NCBI GenBank assembly: GCA_050084985.1
Contig: JBITNC010000001.1
Span: 167,276,001 to 167,340,000, forward strand
Direction of reading: 5' to 3'
Origin: Nageia nagi
Lineage: Eukaryota > Plantae > Pinophyta
DNA: 64,000 nt
Position numbers and translations under genes: made by a program. The notes beneath the pieces are model-generated. The model searched no databases, was not told where the DNA came from, and saw only the letters and a program-made list of their open reading frames with translations. Of the stretch, positions 1 to 12,769 are shown one piece after another (positions within the stretch are counted from its first letter, which is position 1; each line of letters starts with the position of its first letter).

Positions 1-3000
1 ATTGAGGTTCAAAATGAACTATTTAATAAATAATAATTCATTTTTAAACATCTACAGTTACACTTGCACACCAAGGTAGTAGTGCAATAAACCAAGGTCT
101 TTCATTTCAAAAGTTATCTTAAGTTTAGATATGTAGTCTTGTATGAGGACTATATTATTCCCTATAATCAATAGATCATCCACATAAAGAAGAATCAAGA
201 TCAAGTCTTGTCCATAATTGATCACATAAAGATCTATGTCAAAGAAGCATTAAGAAAATCCAATTTCATCAAATAATATTAAAATATTTTTATACCAAGT
301 TTGAGGTGCCTGCTTAAGTCCATACAAAGACTTCTTTAGCTTGCAAACAAAATATTCTTTTCCTCCCATTACAAACTTTCCTAGTTGGTTCATGTAGATT
401 TCCACATCTAAGTCACCATTGAGAAAAGTGCTCTTGACATCAAGTTGAAAAACTTTCCATCCTTGAGCTATTGTAAAAGAAAAGATCACCCTAACAGTAG
501 GCTTATATGCCATTGAAGCAAAGGTTTTTTCATAATCAAATTCATATTTTTGAGTGAAACCCTTAGCTACTAACCTTGCTTTGTATTTTTCAATTTCTCT
601 AACTGAATTATATTTGGTCTTGTAAATCCATTTATTACTAATCACATTGTGTTTATTAGGATAAGGAGCCAAATCACAAGTTTGATTCTTTATTAGAGCC
701 TCATACTCCACATTCATGGAATTCATCTAGCACTCTTGCTTTGAATCTTCTTTGAAAGATGTGGGCTCATTCTTACTATCAATTTTGAAAAATAAGAATT
801 TATTTATGGTCATACTTCTTGTTATCCTTTATGTTGGAGAGCTTTGTTCCTTAGGTGATAAATTTATACTGACATCCATCTAGTTAGGTGCAACAGAAGA
901 ATCATCACCCTCATCAAAGTTTCCATAAGAAGTAGATTCTTCAAGAAGTTCATTGAACTTTACATCCTTTGACATAAAAATAACTCTAATGGAAGGTTGG
1001 TATAGCTTGTAACCTCTATACTGATTATCATAACCCATAAAGATACACTTTTCATATCTCTTATCCAGCTTCTTCCTTTTCTCAAGAACAACAAAGGCAT
1101 AAACATCATATCTAAAGACCCTAAAGTGAGAGATGTTAGGTTTCTTTTCTATCCATACCTCATATAGAGTTTTGCCTTCAACTACTTTGTAAGACACTTA
1201 TTTAAGATGTAGATTGCAATATTTACAACTTCACCCCATAAAAAGTTAGGAAGATCCCCCAACATACATCTTGCCATTTCCTGAATGGTTCTATTCTTCT
1301 ATTTGGCTATACCATTTTGATGAAGAGTGTAAGGGATTGAAAACTACCTCTTGATTTCATACTTGGTACAAAAATAATTGAATTCATTTCTATTATACTC
1401 ACCCTCATTATCAAATCTTAACATCTTGATTTTGAATTCAGATTGATTTTCTACCAAGGTTTTGAAATCTTTGAACCTATCAAAGGTTTGATCCTTGTTC
1501 TCTATAAGATAATCAAATGTCATATTACTATAGTCATCAATAAAGGTTAAGATATAAGATGCTCCCCTAAGAGATTTAGTCAAAAATGGATCCATCAAAT
1601 CTAAATGCACAAGTTGAAGAGGTTGAGTTTCTCCAGTTGCCTTATCTTTTGGAAATTTTTTTCGATTCATTTTACCTAGAATGCACTTCTCATAAAGACC
1701 AATTGTAAATGATATTATAAGAAAACCTTCCATAAGTTCTTGGTCTTTCATAACTTGAATGTTCTTATGGTTTAGGTGGTCTAATCAATGGTGCCAAAGA
1801 TTTTCTCTAAAGCAAACATTAATTATAAGGTACATCTTTGTTGGATATTGATCCATAATGTAAATTTCATCTTTTACTAAACCTTTCACCAAAGTGGTAA
1901 GACCCTTTTTCATGCACCAAGAGTGTGAGTTAAACTCAAAAGAGTAACCCTTCCTTGTAACTTGAATTATGGAAAGAAGATTCATAGTGATTTTTGGCAC
2001 ATAAAGCACATTCTCAAGAATCTTTCCTTGTAACCACACACTCCCAATACCTTGAACTTCAAGGACTAAATTATCACCTATCACAACTACATATTTTCTA
2101 TACTAATGAAAGTTTTTAAACTTATCTTTTTCGAAACACATGTGATTAGTGCATTCAGAATTAACAATCTAATCATTTGACAAAGTGCGATACAACATAA
2201 ACATAATTCTTGTTATTAGATTTGTTTGATTTTTTAGATTCTTTTTCATCATATTCTTTCTTTTTCTTGAAGTAATCAGCTTCCTTATGACCATATATGT
2301 CCTAGAAATTATAATTTCCATCAAATTTGGCTTCATAAATCTTCTTATTTCCACCATTATTGAACTTATTCTTAGGAGCATGAGAACTCTTTTTTTGGTT
2401 ATGGCTCTTCTTTTTTAAGTGAGGCTTCATTATACCTAGTGCCATAGAAGGCTCCTTAGGAGTGGTGATCAACACTTTATTGTTAAGTGTTTTCTCATGT
2501 TTTAAGAGAAGCCTTGATAGATTTTTAAGAATAATACTTCTTTTTTATCGTCAAGATTAGTTTCAATAATAGTCATAAAGTGACTAAATTTAGTAGAGAG
2601 GCTTTGAATGATGATGAAAGTCAAAAACTCATCGTTGATCCAATTGCAACCACACCCCACAAGCTAGGTCTTAAGGTCAATAAACTTATTTAGATATATC
2701 ACCACACTTTCTTTTTCCTCTTGACATGTTTGTAGTAACTTCTGAAGAATGGTGAATCTTCTAGAGAATTTGGTGCCAAGGTAGATACTCTTCAGTGTAT
2801 CCCATGCTTCCTTTACAGAGTTTGAAGAAGATATCACGAGGAGGATTTTATCTGAAATAGCATGAAAGATCATTGAAGTTACCAAATCATTCTTTGTGTT
2901 ATAAGCTTTAAGTTCCTTCTCCTCTGATAGAGCAACTTGGTTTTCATTGATAATCACCCATAGTTGGAACCATCTAGGATATGCTTGAGTGCAAAAGAGT

Positions 3001-3268
3001 CTCCCATTGCAGCTAGTACTGCTCACAATAAGAGTTGGCCTATTTTCTTTCAAAGATATGTGATCATCATTAACATCATCTTAACTATCTATCTTAACCA
3101 CATGATATGTAAAAAGTGTATGCTCCACCCTTTGTGAAATCAAATAATTTCTTTATTTATCTCTTTCATCGGATATGATATCATAATCTTTTATTCATGG
3201 ATATGAAGTACTGAAGCTATGAATCTTGTTTTTTAGACTTGTTGCATCTTCAAATCCAGTAAGAATTT

Positions 3269-3281
3269 GCATTTGATACCA
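3269..3281 (-). promoter_or_regulatory. Primer-binding site (tRNA-iMet type)
   Basis: Minus strand TGGTATCAAATGC, a degraded TGGTATCAGAGC, directly after the LTR end. Confidence 0.75.
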
Positions 3282-3283
3282 CT

Positions 3284-3746
3284 TGATGAAATTAACCCTT
3301 TTTGAATTAATCTCTAGTTTACTAAGATTTCAAGAAGGCACTTACAATATCAACACAATAGCATAATAACACAAGATATAAAGTGGTTCCTCCCTCCATG
3401 AAAGTACATCCACTAACTAAGATCTTCTTATTCTTAAGGACCTCTCTTACAGAATCTCTCCTCTCTCTCCAAACCCTAAACCTAGAGTAAAACTTGCTTT
3501 ACAATTGCATGTACAATGAGAGGAGGGGTACCTCTCTATTTATAAGAAGAAATCCACCCTTTAACCTAAGGGTAAGGTTAAAGGTGTTTCTATTATATGC
3601 AAATAAAAACTCCCCTTTCCTAGGTTCATTCAAATTGCAAACTAGGAGGAGTAGGTGCAGGCTAGACAATGTCTTCTATGCATAAACTCAAAACACAAAC
3701 ACATGTTAGAACACAAAGGAGGCTTGGACAAGCCTTCCTTCCAACA
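3284..3746 (-). repeat. 5' LTR of the Copia element (~463 bp)
   Basis: On the minus strand it begins TGTTGGAA and ends TTCATCA, with TATAAATA near 3537-3544. It is followed after 2 nt by the PBS. Confidence 0.75.
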
Positions 3747-5697
3747 TCGACACAAACTCAAGTAAAACATCACAAAATGATGAAGGTGGTGTTTAGAAAC
3801 ATCATTGTATACCTGATCCCAATGGCTGATGATGACTAATAATTGATGAAGTTGATTGGATTTGGAATGAGCTCCAAATCCTCCAAAAAACTAACTTACT
3901 GATGAAACACATTGACCCTGCACATTTTGTGAGAAATGCACCCATCTTTCTAGAAATGGAACGACCCTACATGTTTCTTGACTATTAAAACGTAGGGACC
4001 CTCCCCGTTTTACAACCTATAAATAGAAAATAAAAATTGAAAGTTAGATTCAAGATGAAATGATGAAAGGTAGCTACTATAAAAATAGAACATGATAGGG
4101 GTGAGGGAAGATCTGGTGGGTATGCTCAAGGTTTGATTGTAGGAATAATGTAAGCTCCAAGGCCTCAAGATACTTCAAAATACTTCTCCCAAATGCTTGG
4201 TTGATTGTTATAGATGATCTGATCTATTGAATTCATGATTGTGGGTGACAGATCAAGCTTCTAAGGACTCATGAAAACTCTCTCTTCAAAATTGTGTTGT
4301 TCTCTTGATTTTCAAAAATTCCATTCTCTTGATTGATCATTATCTTTTTTTATAGTGGGATGGAGCCTCTTGATTAAAGAATTTTTTTCCAAAATCTAGT
4401 TGTTGTAATTTGAATTCAAATTGATTCTCCCACTCAAACTAATTATTTCATAATTTGGCTAAGTGGAGAACATATCTCTTTGTCTTTTTGCTCCATGTCA
4501 ACAAAGCACATTAGTAAATAAGACATTTAGTAATGCACCAAAATTCAATTTCAAATTTTACAAATCATGATCATGATTAAATACAAATAACATGACTAAT
4601 GCTAATTACATTTTATAAATAAATGATTTTTTATTTTTACAAATAATATGATAAATATTATTTTTCGCAAATTTTAATTGATTAAGGTATGGTTCAAAAT
4701 ACAATAAATAGGACTTAGTTTAATTATAATTTTTCCATGAATGCGCATGATCAAAAACATAATTAAGTTCAATTATATTTTTAAATGATTATGATTAAAT
4801 TGCAATTAAATATGATTAAGTTAAATTGCAATTCTTAAGTGTGTGATTATGATCGAAAATACAAAGAAACATGACTAAGTTAAATTGTATTTTTCAAGTA
4901 AATAATTATGATTGAAAACATATTAAACAGGACTCAGTCTAACATGTTTTTCAAGTAAATAATAATGATTGAAATTGTATTAAACATGACTCAGTCTAAT
5001 ACAATTTCTAAGTATGTAATTATGATAAAAAAACATATTAGATAGGACTCAATCTAACATGTTTTCTAAATGTGTATATGATTGAAAATACATTAAACAT
5101 GACTAAGTCTAACATATTTTCCAAATGTGTAATATGATCAAAAACATATTAGATAGGACTCAATCTAATACAATTTCCAAGTATGTAATTATGATTGAAA
5201 ACACATTAAATAAGACTCAATCTAATATGTTTTCCAAATATATGTATGATTGAAAATACATTAGACATGACTAAGTCTAACATATTTTCTAAATAAATAA
5301 TTATGATTGAAAACATATTATGCAGGACTCAATCTAATACATTTTCAAATATGTATATGATCGAAAATATATTAGATAGGACTCAATCTAATATATTTTC
5401 CAGATATATCTATGATCGAAAATATATTAGACATGACTAAGTCTAACATATTTCCCAAATATATGTATGATCGAAAATGCATTAGACAGGACTCAGTCTA
5501 ACACATTTTCCAAGTGTAAAACCATGATCGAAATCTAATAAACATGACAAATACAAAGTATGATTTCCAAAGTAAATGATTGTGATAAATAAGTGTAAAA
5601 TGATCAAAATTATCAAAGAGTGCTTGACAAGACTAAATGTTCAAAAATGTTATGTTTTGCCAAATGTAATGCCAGGTAGCAATTTTAAGTGTCTACA
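3747..5697 (-). mobile_element. Large Gypsy-type LTR fragment, probably interrupted by the Copia insertion
   Basis: Ends ...TTTTAAGTGTCTACA at 5697 (TGTAGACACTTAAAA on minus), the same terminus as the LTRs of the Tat/Ogre element at 41825-50273. TATA-like CTATAAAA on minus near 4349-4356. Contains a tandem array. Confidence 0.65.
4689..5575. repeat. Tandem array of ~55-59 bp palindromic units (~13 well-conserved plus ~3 degenerate copies)
   Basis: Unit approximately ATGATYGAAAAYAYATTARAYAKGACTMARTCTAAYAYRTTTTCCAA, starting near 4849, 4908, 4965, 5022, 5078, 5134, 5191, 5246, 5303, 5357, 5412, 5467, 5524. Confidence 0.95.
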
Positions 5698-5714
5698 TCT
5701 ATATTTATTTCCCT

Positions 5715-5948
5715 TTTAGATACCTTTAAGCATTAAGTGAATTTATATTAAAAAGAAATATTACACAATATTACATTACAAATTCTAACAACATCACCCT
5801 TTTATCCAAGAGGCATGCTCATGAGATGGAGTGTAGGATAAGTTACATTATCTTATTCATAAATACTTAAAAGGTATCTAAGGATACTTCTAAGTATTAG
5901 TGAATTTACATGAAGAGACCTTACAATAATGCATTATACATTCCAACA
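5715..5948. repeat. Pair of short diverged direct repeats (possible TRIM-like remnant)
   Basis: GATAC..TAAG.ATTA.GTGAATTTA...CATTA..ATTC.AACA occurs twice (ending ~5789 and 5948). The second copy could run TG(5832)..CA(5948). No TSD or clear PBS seen. Confidence 0.3.
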
Positions 5949-6677
5949 TAGAATGTCCAATAACTCTATGATAATCATAATACAAATTAAATTTGAACCA
6001 CCATAAATTATCATGATTGTTATTTGGAATCTTATGTGGAAGTAAATGAAATAAATTATTTTTTAAGGAGGCATTGCAGTACTGCTTAGCAGATTTGGGA
6101 ACCTTATGCCCTTTTATTTGTTGTTAATAATGTTATTTTTAGTAAAAAAAAATAGTAATATTTTTTGTGACTATTCTTCTTACCAAATGATTTAATATTA
6201 TTTGCATTTGAAGAAGAAAAATTCAATTGACCTATAATAGCAAAAATCATTTCATGCATGAAAGATTTGTTAAATAACAAAAGATGAACTAGAATTTGGA
6301 ATAATACATAATTTCAATTCAATAAATAAATTCTTAAATATCCAAGCATAAGACATTTGATACTTGAACAAAAAATTCTATAAATATATTAATGTATTCC
6401 TTAACAATTTCATTATCCTTTTGTTGTTAGAATACAAATTACAAAAAGTCACCTTATCCATTATATTATATTTCAAAATTAAAAAAAAATAATCAAGGTT
6501 TTTGAAGTTAATAATGGAATTAGATGGTAATTAGCAAAACTAATAAGGCAAATCTGGTAAGATTTCTTGAAAATATTTCAATTGTAAAAAGTCATTTGAA
6601 TGAAAAAGCTATATTATCATTTTTTGTATTTGAATGAAAAAGCTATATTACCATTTTTTGTTGTGTTATTTCACATT

Positions 6678-6747
6678 CAAGAGGCAATAAGATTTGAACT
6701 TAGACTTCCCACATCTAAGGGATTTCAACATCCATTCTCATCAACCC
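6678..6747 (-). mobile_element. tRNA-derived SINE-like head (degraded)
   Basis: Minus strand has B-box-like GTTCAAATC (6691-6699) at tRNA-like distance from a GGGTTGA start. Confidence 0.35.
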
Positions 6748-6911
6748 TTAGTGGAGATCCACATGTAAATATTTAAAAAAATGCAATATAACTTATGGGA
6801 TCACCTTTACCTTTTGATAGTTAAAACTTCAAAATAATAAAATCAAAAGGAAGAAAGAAAGTTTATTAATGTCCACAGGAGACAATTGTATGGGGAGTAC
6901 AATGTATGTCA

Positions 6912-6976
6912 TGGCTAGTGGGAATTGAACACAAGATTCAAGACACAATAAGATCTGCATGTAACCAACTCAACCC
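6912..6976 (-). mobile_element. tRNA-derived SINE-like head (degraded)
   Basis: Minus strand GGGTTGAGTTGG (A-box-like) ... GTTCAATTCCC (B-box-like, 6920-6930). Confidence 0.4.
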
Positions 6977-7508
6977 ACAATTGTACATATAAATTTTATG
7001 AAGTAAAAGATCAATTTTAAAATAAGAAAAATAAACAAGACCAAGGTTTTATGGTTGAATTAGTCTTTGAAACTATAATTTCTTTTTAATTATCAATATA
7101 ATTGTTATGAAATATTATCATTAAACCATTGTTAAAACTGATTATAAATTTTTTTATCAAGAAACATGCTGAAAACTAGATTAAGAGAAAATTGTAGTAT
7201 GATTTTAAACAAATCATACTATGATAATAGGATTTTAGATTATTTATTTATGACTAAAAATATTTACATTCAATTTGTTATTTAAGTTATAAACTATTAA
7301 TTAAAAGATGACAACCAACCTGGATTGATAGGTAACATTGATATGATGCAAAAGAATAACCAAATCAACATGAAAAACAAAGTTAACTTCTTAGAGTATG
7401 ATTTTCCATGGTTATGCATTAGATACATGCTGCTGCTTTTTTTTTTTGGGACAAACTTAAAGTAGTTAACAAAAGGGGAAAAAACAAAGTAAGTAGCTAG
7501 GCGAGAAG

Positions 7509-7775
7509 ATGACAGAAGAAAGAATCGGCATTACTCGTAGTATGAATTGTCAAGAGCTGGCTGTGGAGGGGCAGGGGCATCTTGAAGCAACGGTTCAAGC
7601 AGCCCATAAGATTCTCGCATCTATGAATGAGGAGCTCTGTAATCCTTCCTTCTGGATTCCCAACTCTAAAGATGGAGGCGGAGGCGGAGGAGCTTTAGAA
7701 GAAGCAAGGCTCCGATACAAATCGTCTGTTTCGTCTCTGAGGGCCGTCATCTTGCTCATTTCTTCTTCTCACCAG
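7509..7775 (+). CDS. MED30: Mediator of RNA polymerase II transcription subunit 30, exon 1 (89 codons)
   Basis: MTEE..QELAVEGQGHLEATVQAAHKILASMNEELCNPSFW..GGALEEARLRYKSSVSSLRAVI matches plant MED30 motifs as I recall them (QELA.EGQ.HLE.T...A..I...MN.ELCNP.LW; AL.EA.LRYK.SV.SLRAV). Ends CAG|GTATT, phase 0. Confidence 0.93.
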
Positions 7776-8618
7776 GTATTTATGCTGTTAACTATCTGAT
7801 TCAATTTCAGTGATGTAATACAATTTTGAGTTTCTTAAATCTGTAAACGGACTACAAACTGAAACCAATATCGCTATGAAAAAAAAAAAAAATCATTTTT
7901 GCAAATGCCATTTGAGAACCTACCTCAGTCACTCACCTGCGTCAGTCTCGGTTCTCTAATTGAAACTGTGATCTTCTGGCTATCTGGCCTGATAAATCAC
8001 CCTTTTGCCAGGAATTTTATTCGGCTAAGCTGCCATCATAGCTATCACCCACGGGGTTTGCATCCACATCTACCATGTAATCAGCAGGGTTTGCAATTAT
8101 GTTGTAGGGGATGAGATTTGAATTCTGACATTTTAGTGGAGAGTTTAAGCTACTTCTTTACCCACAACTCCTCTATATTATGTCTTTTTCTTTACTTTAT
8201 GATTCAATGATTTTTTGTCTTCTTAAATTGTAAAAAAATAAACTTTTAGGTTTATCTAAGGATTATAAGTTGAAATTCCAGTGACTGTAAAGCTTATGGG
8301 ATGGCACATGGGATGGCACATGGGATGGCACAAGGATTATCTGAGAAATATTCATTTGATTATTGTTTGAAAAGTTGATCAAAGGCATTATCTTGTTTGG
8401 GATGGCAGTTTGCTAGTTGAGGGTTCTCAGTTTCGAGTTGTGATACTTCCCGGTAAAAAAAATAGTTTAACTAATTAAAAAACATCTTACAACATTATAT
8501 ATTATCCATGAAATGTTTCAAAGTTCAAGTTTATGCATCATTTCAAAATTTTGTGATATGTTTAATCCCTTAGGCCATATTTTCTGCATATTAACACATA
8601 TTATTGATTATTATCCAG
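7776..8618 (+). other. MED30: MED30 intron 1 (843 bp, GT-AG)
   Basis: GTATTT donor at 7776; TTATCCAG acceptor ending at 8618. Confidence 0.88.
8296..8331. repeat. Perfect 12-bp tandem repeat (ATGGGATGGCAC)x3
   Basis: Directly visible in intron 1. Confidence 0.95.
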
Positions 8619-8717
8619 ACTAAACCACCGGAAGGAGATACTACAATGGGCACAGAAAATGATGGAGCTCAAGATGAGATACAAAGGTTAGAAACACGAG
8701 CTATAGAGCTCAGAGAG
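8619..8717 (+). CDS. MED30: MED30 exon 2 (33 codons; missed by the ORF track)
   Basis: TKPPEGDTTMGTENDGAQDEIQRLETRAIELRE matches the plant MED30 DEIEKLEE.A..LR motif. CAG| acceptor and GAG|GTATT donor, phase 0 on both sides. Confidence 0.9.
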
Positions 8718-8799
8718 GTATTATCACAGAGAACTCAATTCAAATTTTATGTTAAAATGCAGGGAAAGTACATATAAAATAACATGTATAAGGAGATGA

Positions 8800-9910
8800 T
8801 ACAGAAGCATAAGAAGTTGACCTTTGCACCAAACCAGTGAGTAACCATTTGTGTAAGTGGAACTTGGAAGAAACTGTCTCCAAAATTACAAGTCACACTA
8901 TGCGAAGCAACTGCCAACATCCTGACATTACTTGGAACCCAAATAACCTGATTCAGCAAATTAAATCCAAAAAGTTGGACTGCCAAATCTGTTGAAATTC
9001 AGCATTTAAATTGGCTCTGAACATCAACAAAAAATTCAAATGAGTTTGCTAATCAGACTCATTGAGGTTCATCGATTTGTTTGTAGATCTTTATACTTTA
9101 TAGTAAGGAAGAATGTGTGGGCCCAAGGAAGCATGACTTGCAGGGAAAATGTGGGTGTGGATTGTGGAAGTCTGGGTATTACTAGGGAAAAATGAAAATA
9201 GTGGACATAGGAGGGAAAAACAAGCATAGGTTGAGGGAAATTAGTTATTTGAATCTTATGTCAAACTTCATTGAAATTTTGTTGTGTGCTGAACATTTTT
9301 TGAACTTCAACGTCAGGAAATTTGAATATGAACCTGGTAACTAATAGGGGAAATAAAGGACATCATAGCAAAAAAACAGTTGCAATAACAAAATTACAAT
9401 TATCTTCTCCAAGAAGAAACTCAAAAAGACAAATAATCAATCATGGACAGCAATCAATGGATCAAATTTGCAAGCAGAAACTAATGTGGTTGAGAAAAAA
9501 CAAAATGATTAGACCCAATATTTGAACTATGGAAAAGGGAGAAAAACAATTTAGCAACTCACACACAATACTTAGTCATTTGCTTGAACAACATCATTCG
9601 TGATATACATGTTTTTGTGATCTTGCAATGGTCAATCCGATGACAGTGATGCAATTTGTTAGTGATGGAAAATATTGAAACATAAAGGTCATCCTTTTGT
9701 TTCGTGATCCGGCTGTTTAATAAAGATAAGTCTGAAGCTGATCATTCTCAGCTGGATAAATTTTCATAGGTTGGGCTGCAGGAAATACTGGAACTGGACT
9801 GCATTAAGTAGTTGTGGGAATAATGGAAGGCCATTAAAAATAGTGTTATTTGTGTTGATGATGGGTTCATTACATAAGAAGAACTATTGGAGGGGGATAC
9901 CAAATTTAGA
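8800..9910 (-). mobile_element. Highly degraded Gypsy-like gag remnant
   Basis: PBS-like TTTGGTATCC on minus near 9895-9905 and weak gag-like words (QIASL) at 9600-9720; boundaries approximate. Confidence 0.3.
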
Positions 9911-10570
9911 CTGATCTAGAAGGCCTTGTTTAATCGTATGTAGTTTAGTAAGTGTTGTTTGCATTGTGCATGTAATCCCAGATTACTAAAAGAATCTTTA
10001 TCAAATAGGTACCAATTTTATTTGCAATATATACTAACGAAAAAGAGCTTGTAAAAGACAATGGCTTCAGATGCTTATGTTGATTAGTTAAAAGAATGTC
10101 TTCTATAATATGGTCAAGCATTTCATACCAAGAATATTCATTTTTAGGGGTTGTAACAAAAAAATATTATATTCACCCATGAAGCAAAAGATTGACAACA
10201 ACCCCATTGCTTGTTTCATTTGAGTAGTCATTGATGCTCAGATCCTTCGATTATATTTTGTTCAAATTTATGTCATGTTGCCTTTATTTTGTTACTTGGT
10301 CCAATTATTGAACACTCTACCTTTTACCTTCTTCTCATTAATTCTTTTATCTTTACATTGCAGCTTGTGTCTCAAGAAAGTTAACATGTAATGTCAACTC
10401 TAATCCTCCATCTGACATCATCTTTGTCGAGTTTCACTATCTATAAAGCTAATTTTCCACATTAGAAAGATCTTTGTTTGAAATTTACAATATAAGCATA
10501 TCATCTTTACTTATCTTTTATCTGTATTCCCTATTGTTTTGTAATATATCCTTTCTTAAAATATTTTTAT

Positions 10571-12262
10571 CACTGTTCCACGGAGAGGAGTTCCCCCTCT
10601 TGGAGGAGGCATTCCCTGTGTTCTCTCGTTTTGGGAACTTGGGAATGCTTCAGGGAAACGTTTCCTAGTCGTTCCCTTTTTGGGGAATGGTTGGGTGATG
10701 TTCTCGGAACGCCTCCCATGATCAGGGAACTGTCCCTGACCGTTCCTCAATTTGGGAACGTCCAACCGTCCTTGGGAATGGCCAGGGAACTTCCAGCATT
10801 TCCTGACCATTTCCGGGAAAGTCCAACGTTCCATCTGCAGCTGAGCACAAGTAGAAAGAAACATTTAACTTAAAAAAAGTACTTAAAGTGCCATGTGATG
10901 GGACCCACCCATGTTTCCACCTTGTCTAACCCTAAAAAGGTCTTACAAACTCCATCTAAATGTGATTTTGTAATCAATTTTTATGTGCAGCTGGGAGAGA
11001 AAAAGAACAACAAATAGTAGAAAAGAGACAACATTAGAAGAAAAAGACAGCAGTGAGGAGAAAGAGAGCAAGGAGGAAGAAAAACACAACAATGTAGAGG
11101 ACAATACTCAAGGAGGAGAAGAAAGTTACCTAGCACAATCCAAGGCTTTTTTGTTTCTCTACTTGTTTAGTTTAAACTTTAAAACTTTAAACTTTACTTG
11201 ATTAAGAAAAAAAACAAGATGAGTGAGGTTGAGCAAGAAAATCAAAACTATGAGGTAGAATCAGAAATGGGAGTTGAAAATGAGCAAGAAAACACATCAA
11301 TTTTTGATTGTCCATCCACAATATTAAAAGGTTTTGCTAGAGGGCCATTCAATTTTAAAAAACCTTTTTGCAATATGTCACAAACCTCGATGTTGGAAAA
11401 ATAATTTAAAGGGGAGCAAGAACTTATAAATGTCACATTTGTTCCACTACATTTAAAGGGAGTTATACCAGGGTTGAATCACATTTGATTGAAAAACAAG
11501 GGATAGGGGTGAGCGTTTGTAAAGAAATGAATAAAAAATGTTTGCAGTAGCTAGTAGGCTTGTGCAAGAGGCTTACCTTAGGAATTGTGGGCTGCCGATT
11601 CCTAAATCTAGCCAAGCCTCCCATGTATCCTCCTCCTCATCAGTTAGAGAAAAAAAAACTCACTCCTCTTCTAGCTTGCCAAGTCCTACATTCCCCTCCA
11701 AAAAAAGAGGAAACATAGCTGAGGCATTAAACTTGAAATAGAAAGATAGAGTTGATGATGCAGTGGGAAAATTATTTTATGCCCATGCCTTGTCTTTTCA
11801 TCTTGCATGCTCACCTTGCTTCAGGGCAACATTTGAGGAAGTAAGGTTGGTTACCTGATGAGAATAGACTCCATACTTCTCTTTTGGAGAAGCAGTATAC
11901 TAGATGCAATTAGATGATGCAGGAGTTGAAGGCTACATGGGTGCATAGCGAATGTTCCATTATTATGGATGGGTGGACTGACATTCGTCAACATCCACTC
12001 ATCAATATAATGATGTCATGTTCAGAGGGTCCTTATTTTCTTTGAGCTATTGATTGCTCGGGGAAAAAGAAGGATGTAGAGTTCTAGTTCTTCCTGTTAA
12101 AGGAGGCTATTGAGGAGGTTGGACCCTCTAATGTTGTCTAGTAAATCACTTTACTTTTAGTTTTCAAATTTATTTTGTTTTGCAAATTTCAAATTTTAAT
12201 GTTTTAATTTTTTTTTTGTACATATAATTACAGATGCAACCCCTGTTTGCAAGCGTGCAGGA
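10571..12262 (+). mobile_element. hAT DNA transposon, 5' part only (3'-truncated), decayed transposase
   Basis: Starts CACTGTT with a subterminal region rich in TTCCC/GGGAA motifs (10571-10830). BED-finger-like GSYTRVESHL..GVSVCK (~11460-11525). DUF659-type catalytic region CSIIMDGWTDIRQHPLINIM..GPYFL.AIDCSG..EAIEEVGPSNVV|IITDATPVCKRAG. Stops abruptly at ~12262. Confidence 0.88.
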
Positions 12263-12769
12263 AAATCCACATGTAAGTCAACTACGAAAGTTTGGTGGGT
12301 GCTTGCGATGCATGGCTGAATGAGATGCATCAGGAATCCAACCAGATCAATTTGCGTGTCTTCTTTATGCTTCCACATTTTGCATACATATCTACCAAGG
12401 CATTCACAACCACAACTTCTGATAGAAATCCGCTTTTCAATCATCTTTAATGTATGTATAAGCACTGTTGTGAATCTCCCAGTTTGGTGATGCTTTGAGA
12501 ACGATGGGAAAGATGAATTCATGTAGTTGGACTTTTGCTGTTGTTTGTTGCATTTGGTGAAACAGTGTCAATGCCTATGGAGAAAATCCATGAGAAGATG
12601 TCTTGTTCAGTCATAAAACATCACGGGCACTAGCCAAACTTCCGCAATTATGTTATGTAGGAATTTATTTATGTGCATGGGCCAATTTTAAGTTTGATGC
12701 GATTGATGAGTGAATGGAGCTTACCTATGGAAGGGCATGTCATCTATGTAGATCTGCAAGAGTTGAATC

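Larger units (their letters stand above)
1..3746 (-). mobile_element. Decayed Ty1/Copia LTR retrotransposon (5' LTR, PBS, gag-PR-INT-RT; 3' part runs off the left edge)
   Basis: Minus-strand fragments in Copia order: gag (2664-3053, SVKEAWDTLKSIY), protease-like IVNSECTNHM (~2140-2170), integrase (1344-1751, LQLVHLDLMDP..FIDDYS..LRFDNEGEY), KCIFMGYD..RGYKLY (880-1197), RT (250-726, KYKARLVAKGFTQ..QLDVKSTFLNG) and LLYVDDLLI near 165-190. Many stops and frameshifts. Confidence 0.95.

Noticed and set aside
4689-5575. CRISPR or integron attC-like array
   Set aside because: Units are contiguous tandem copies without unique spacers or cassettes, and lie inside an LTR
7489-7494. GTAAGT donor-like site just upstream of the MED30 ATG (possible exon-1-skipping isoform)
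   Set aside because: The TSS is unknown and there is no transcript evidence; a 6-mer match is expected by chance
7776-7799. ORF-track extension of MED30 exon 1 (VFMLLTI*) and the ATG-started ORF 33873-34079
   Set aside because: These are intron read-through; canonical splice sites at 7775/7776 and 33983/33984 give the conserved protein
12559-12567. GAAACAGTG as the right TIR of hAT-1
   Set aside because: The flank does not reproduce the 8 bp preceding 10571, and there are no subterminal repeats
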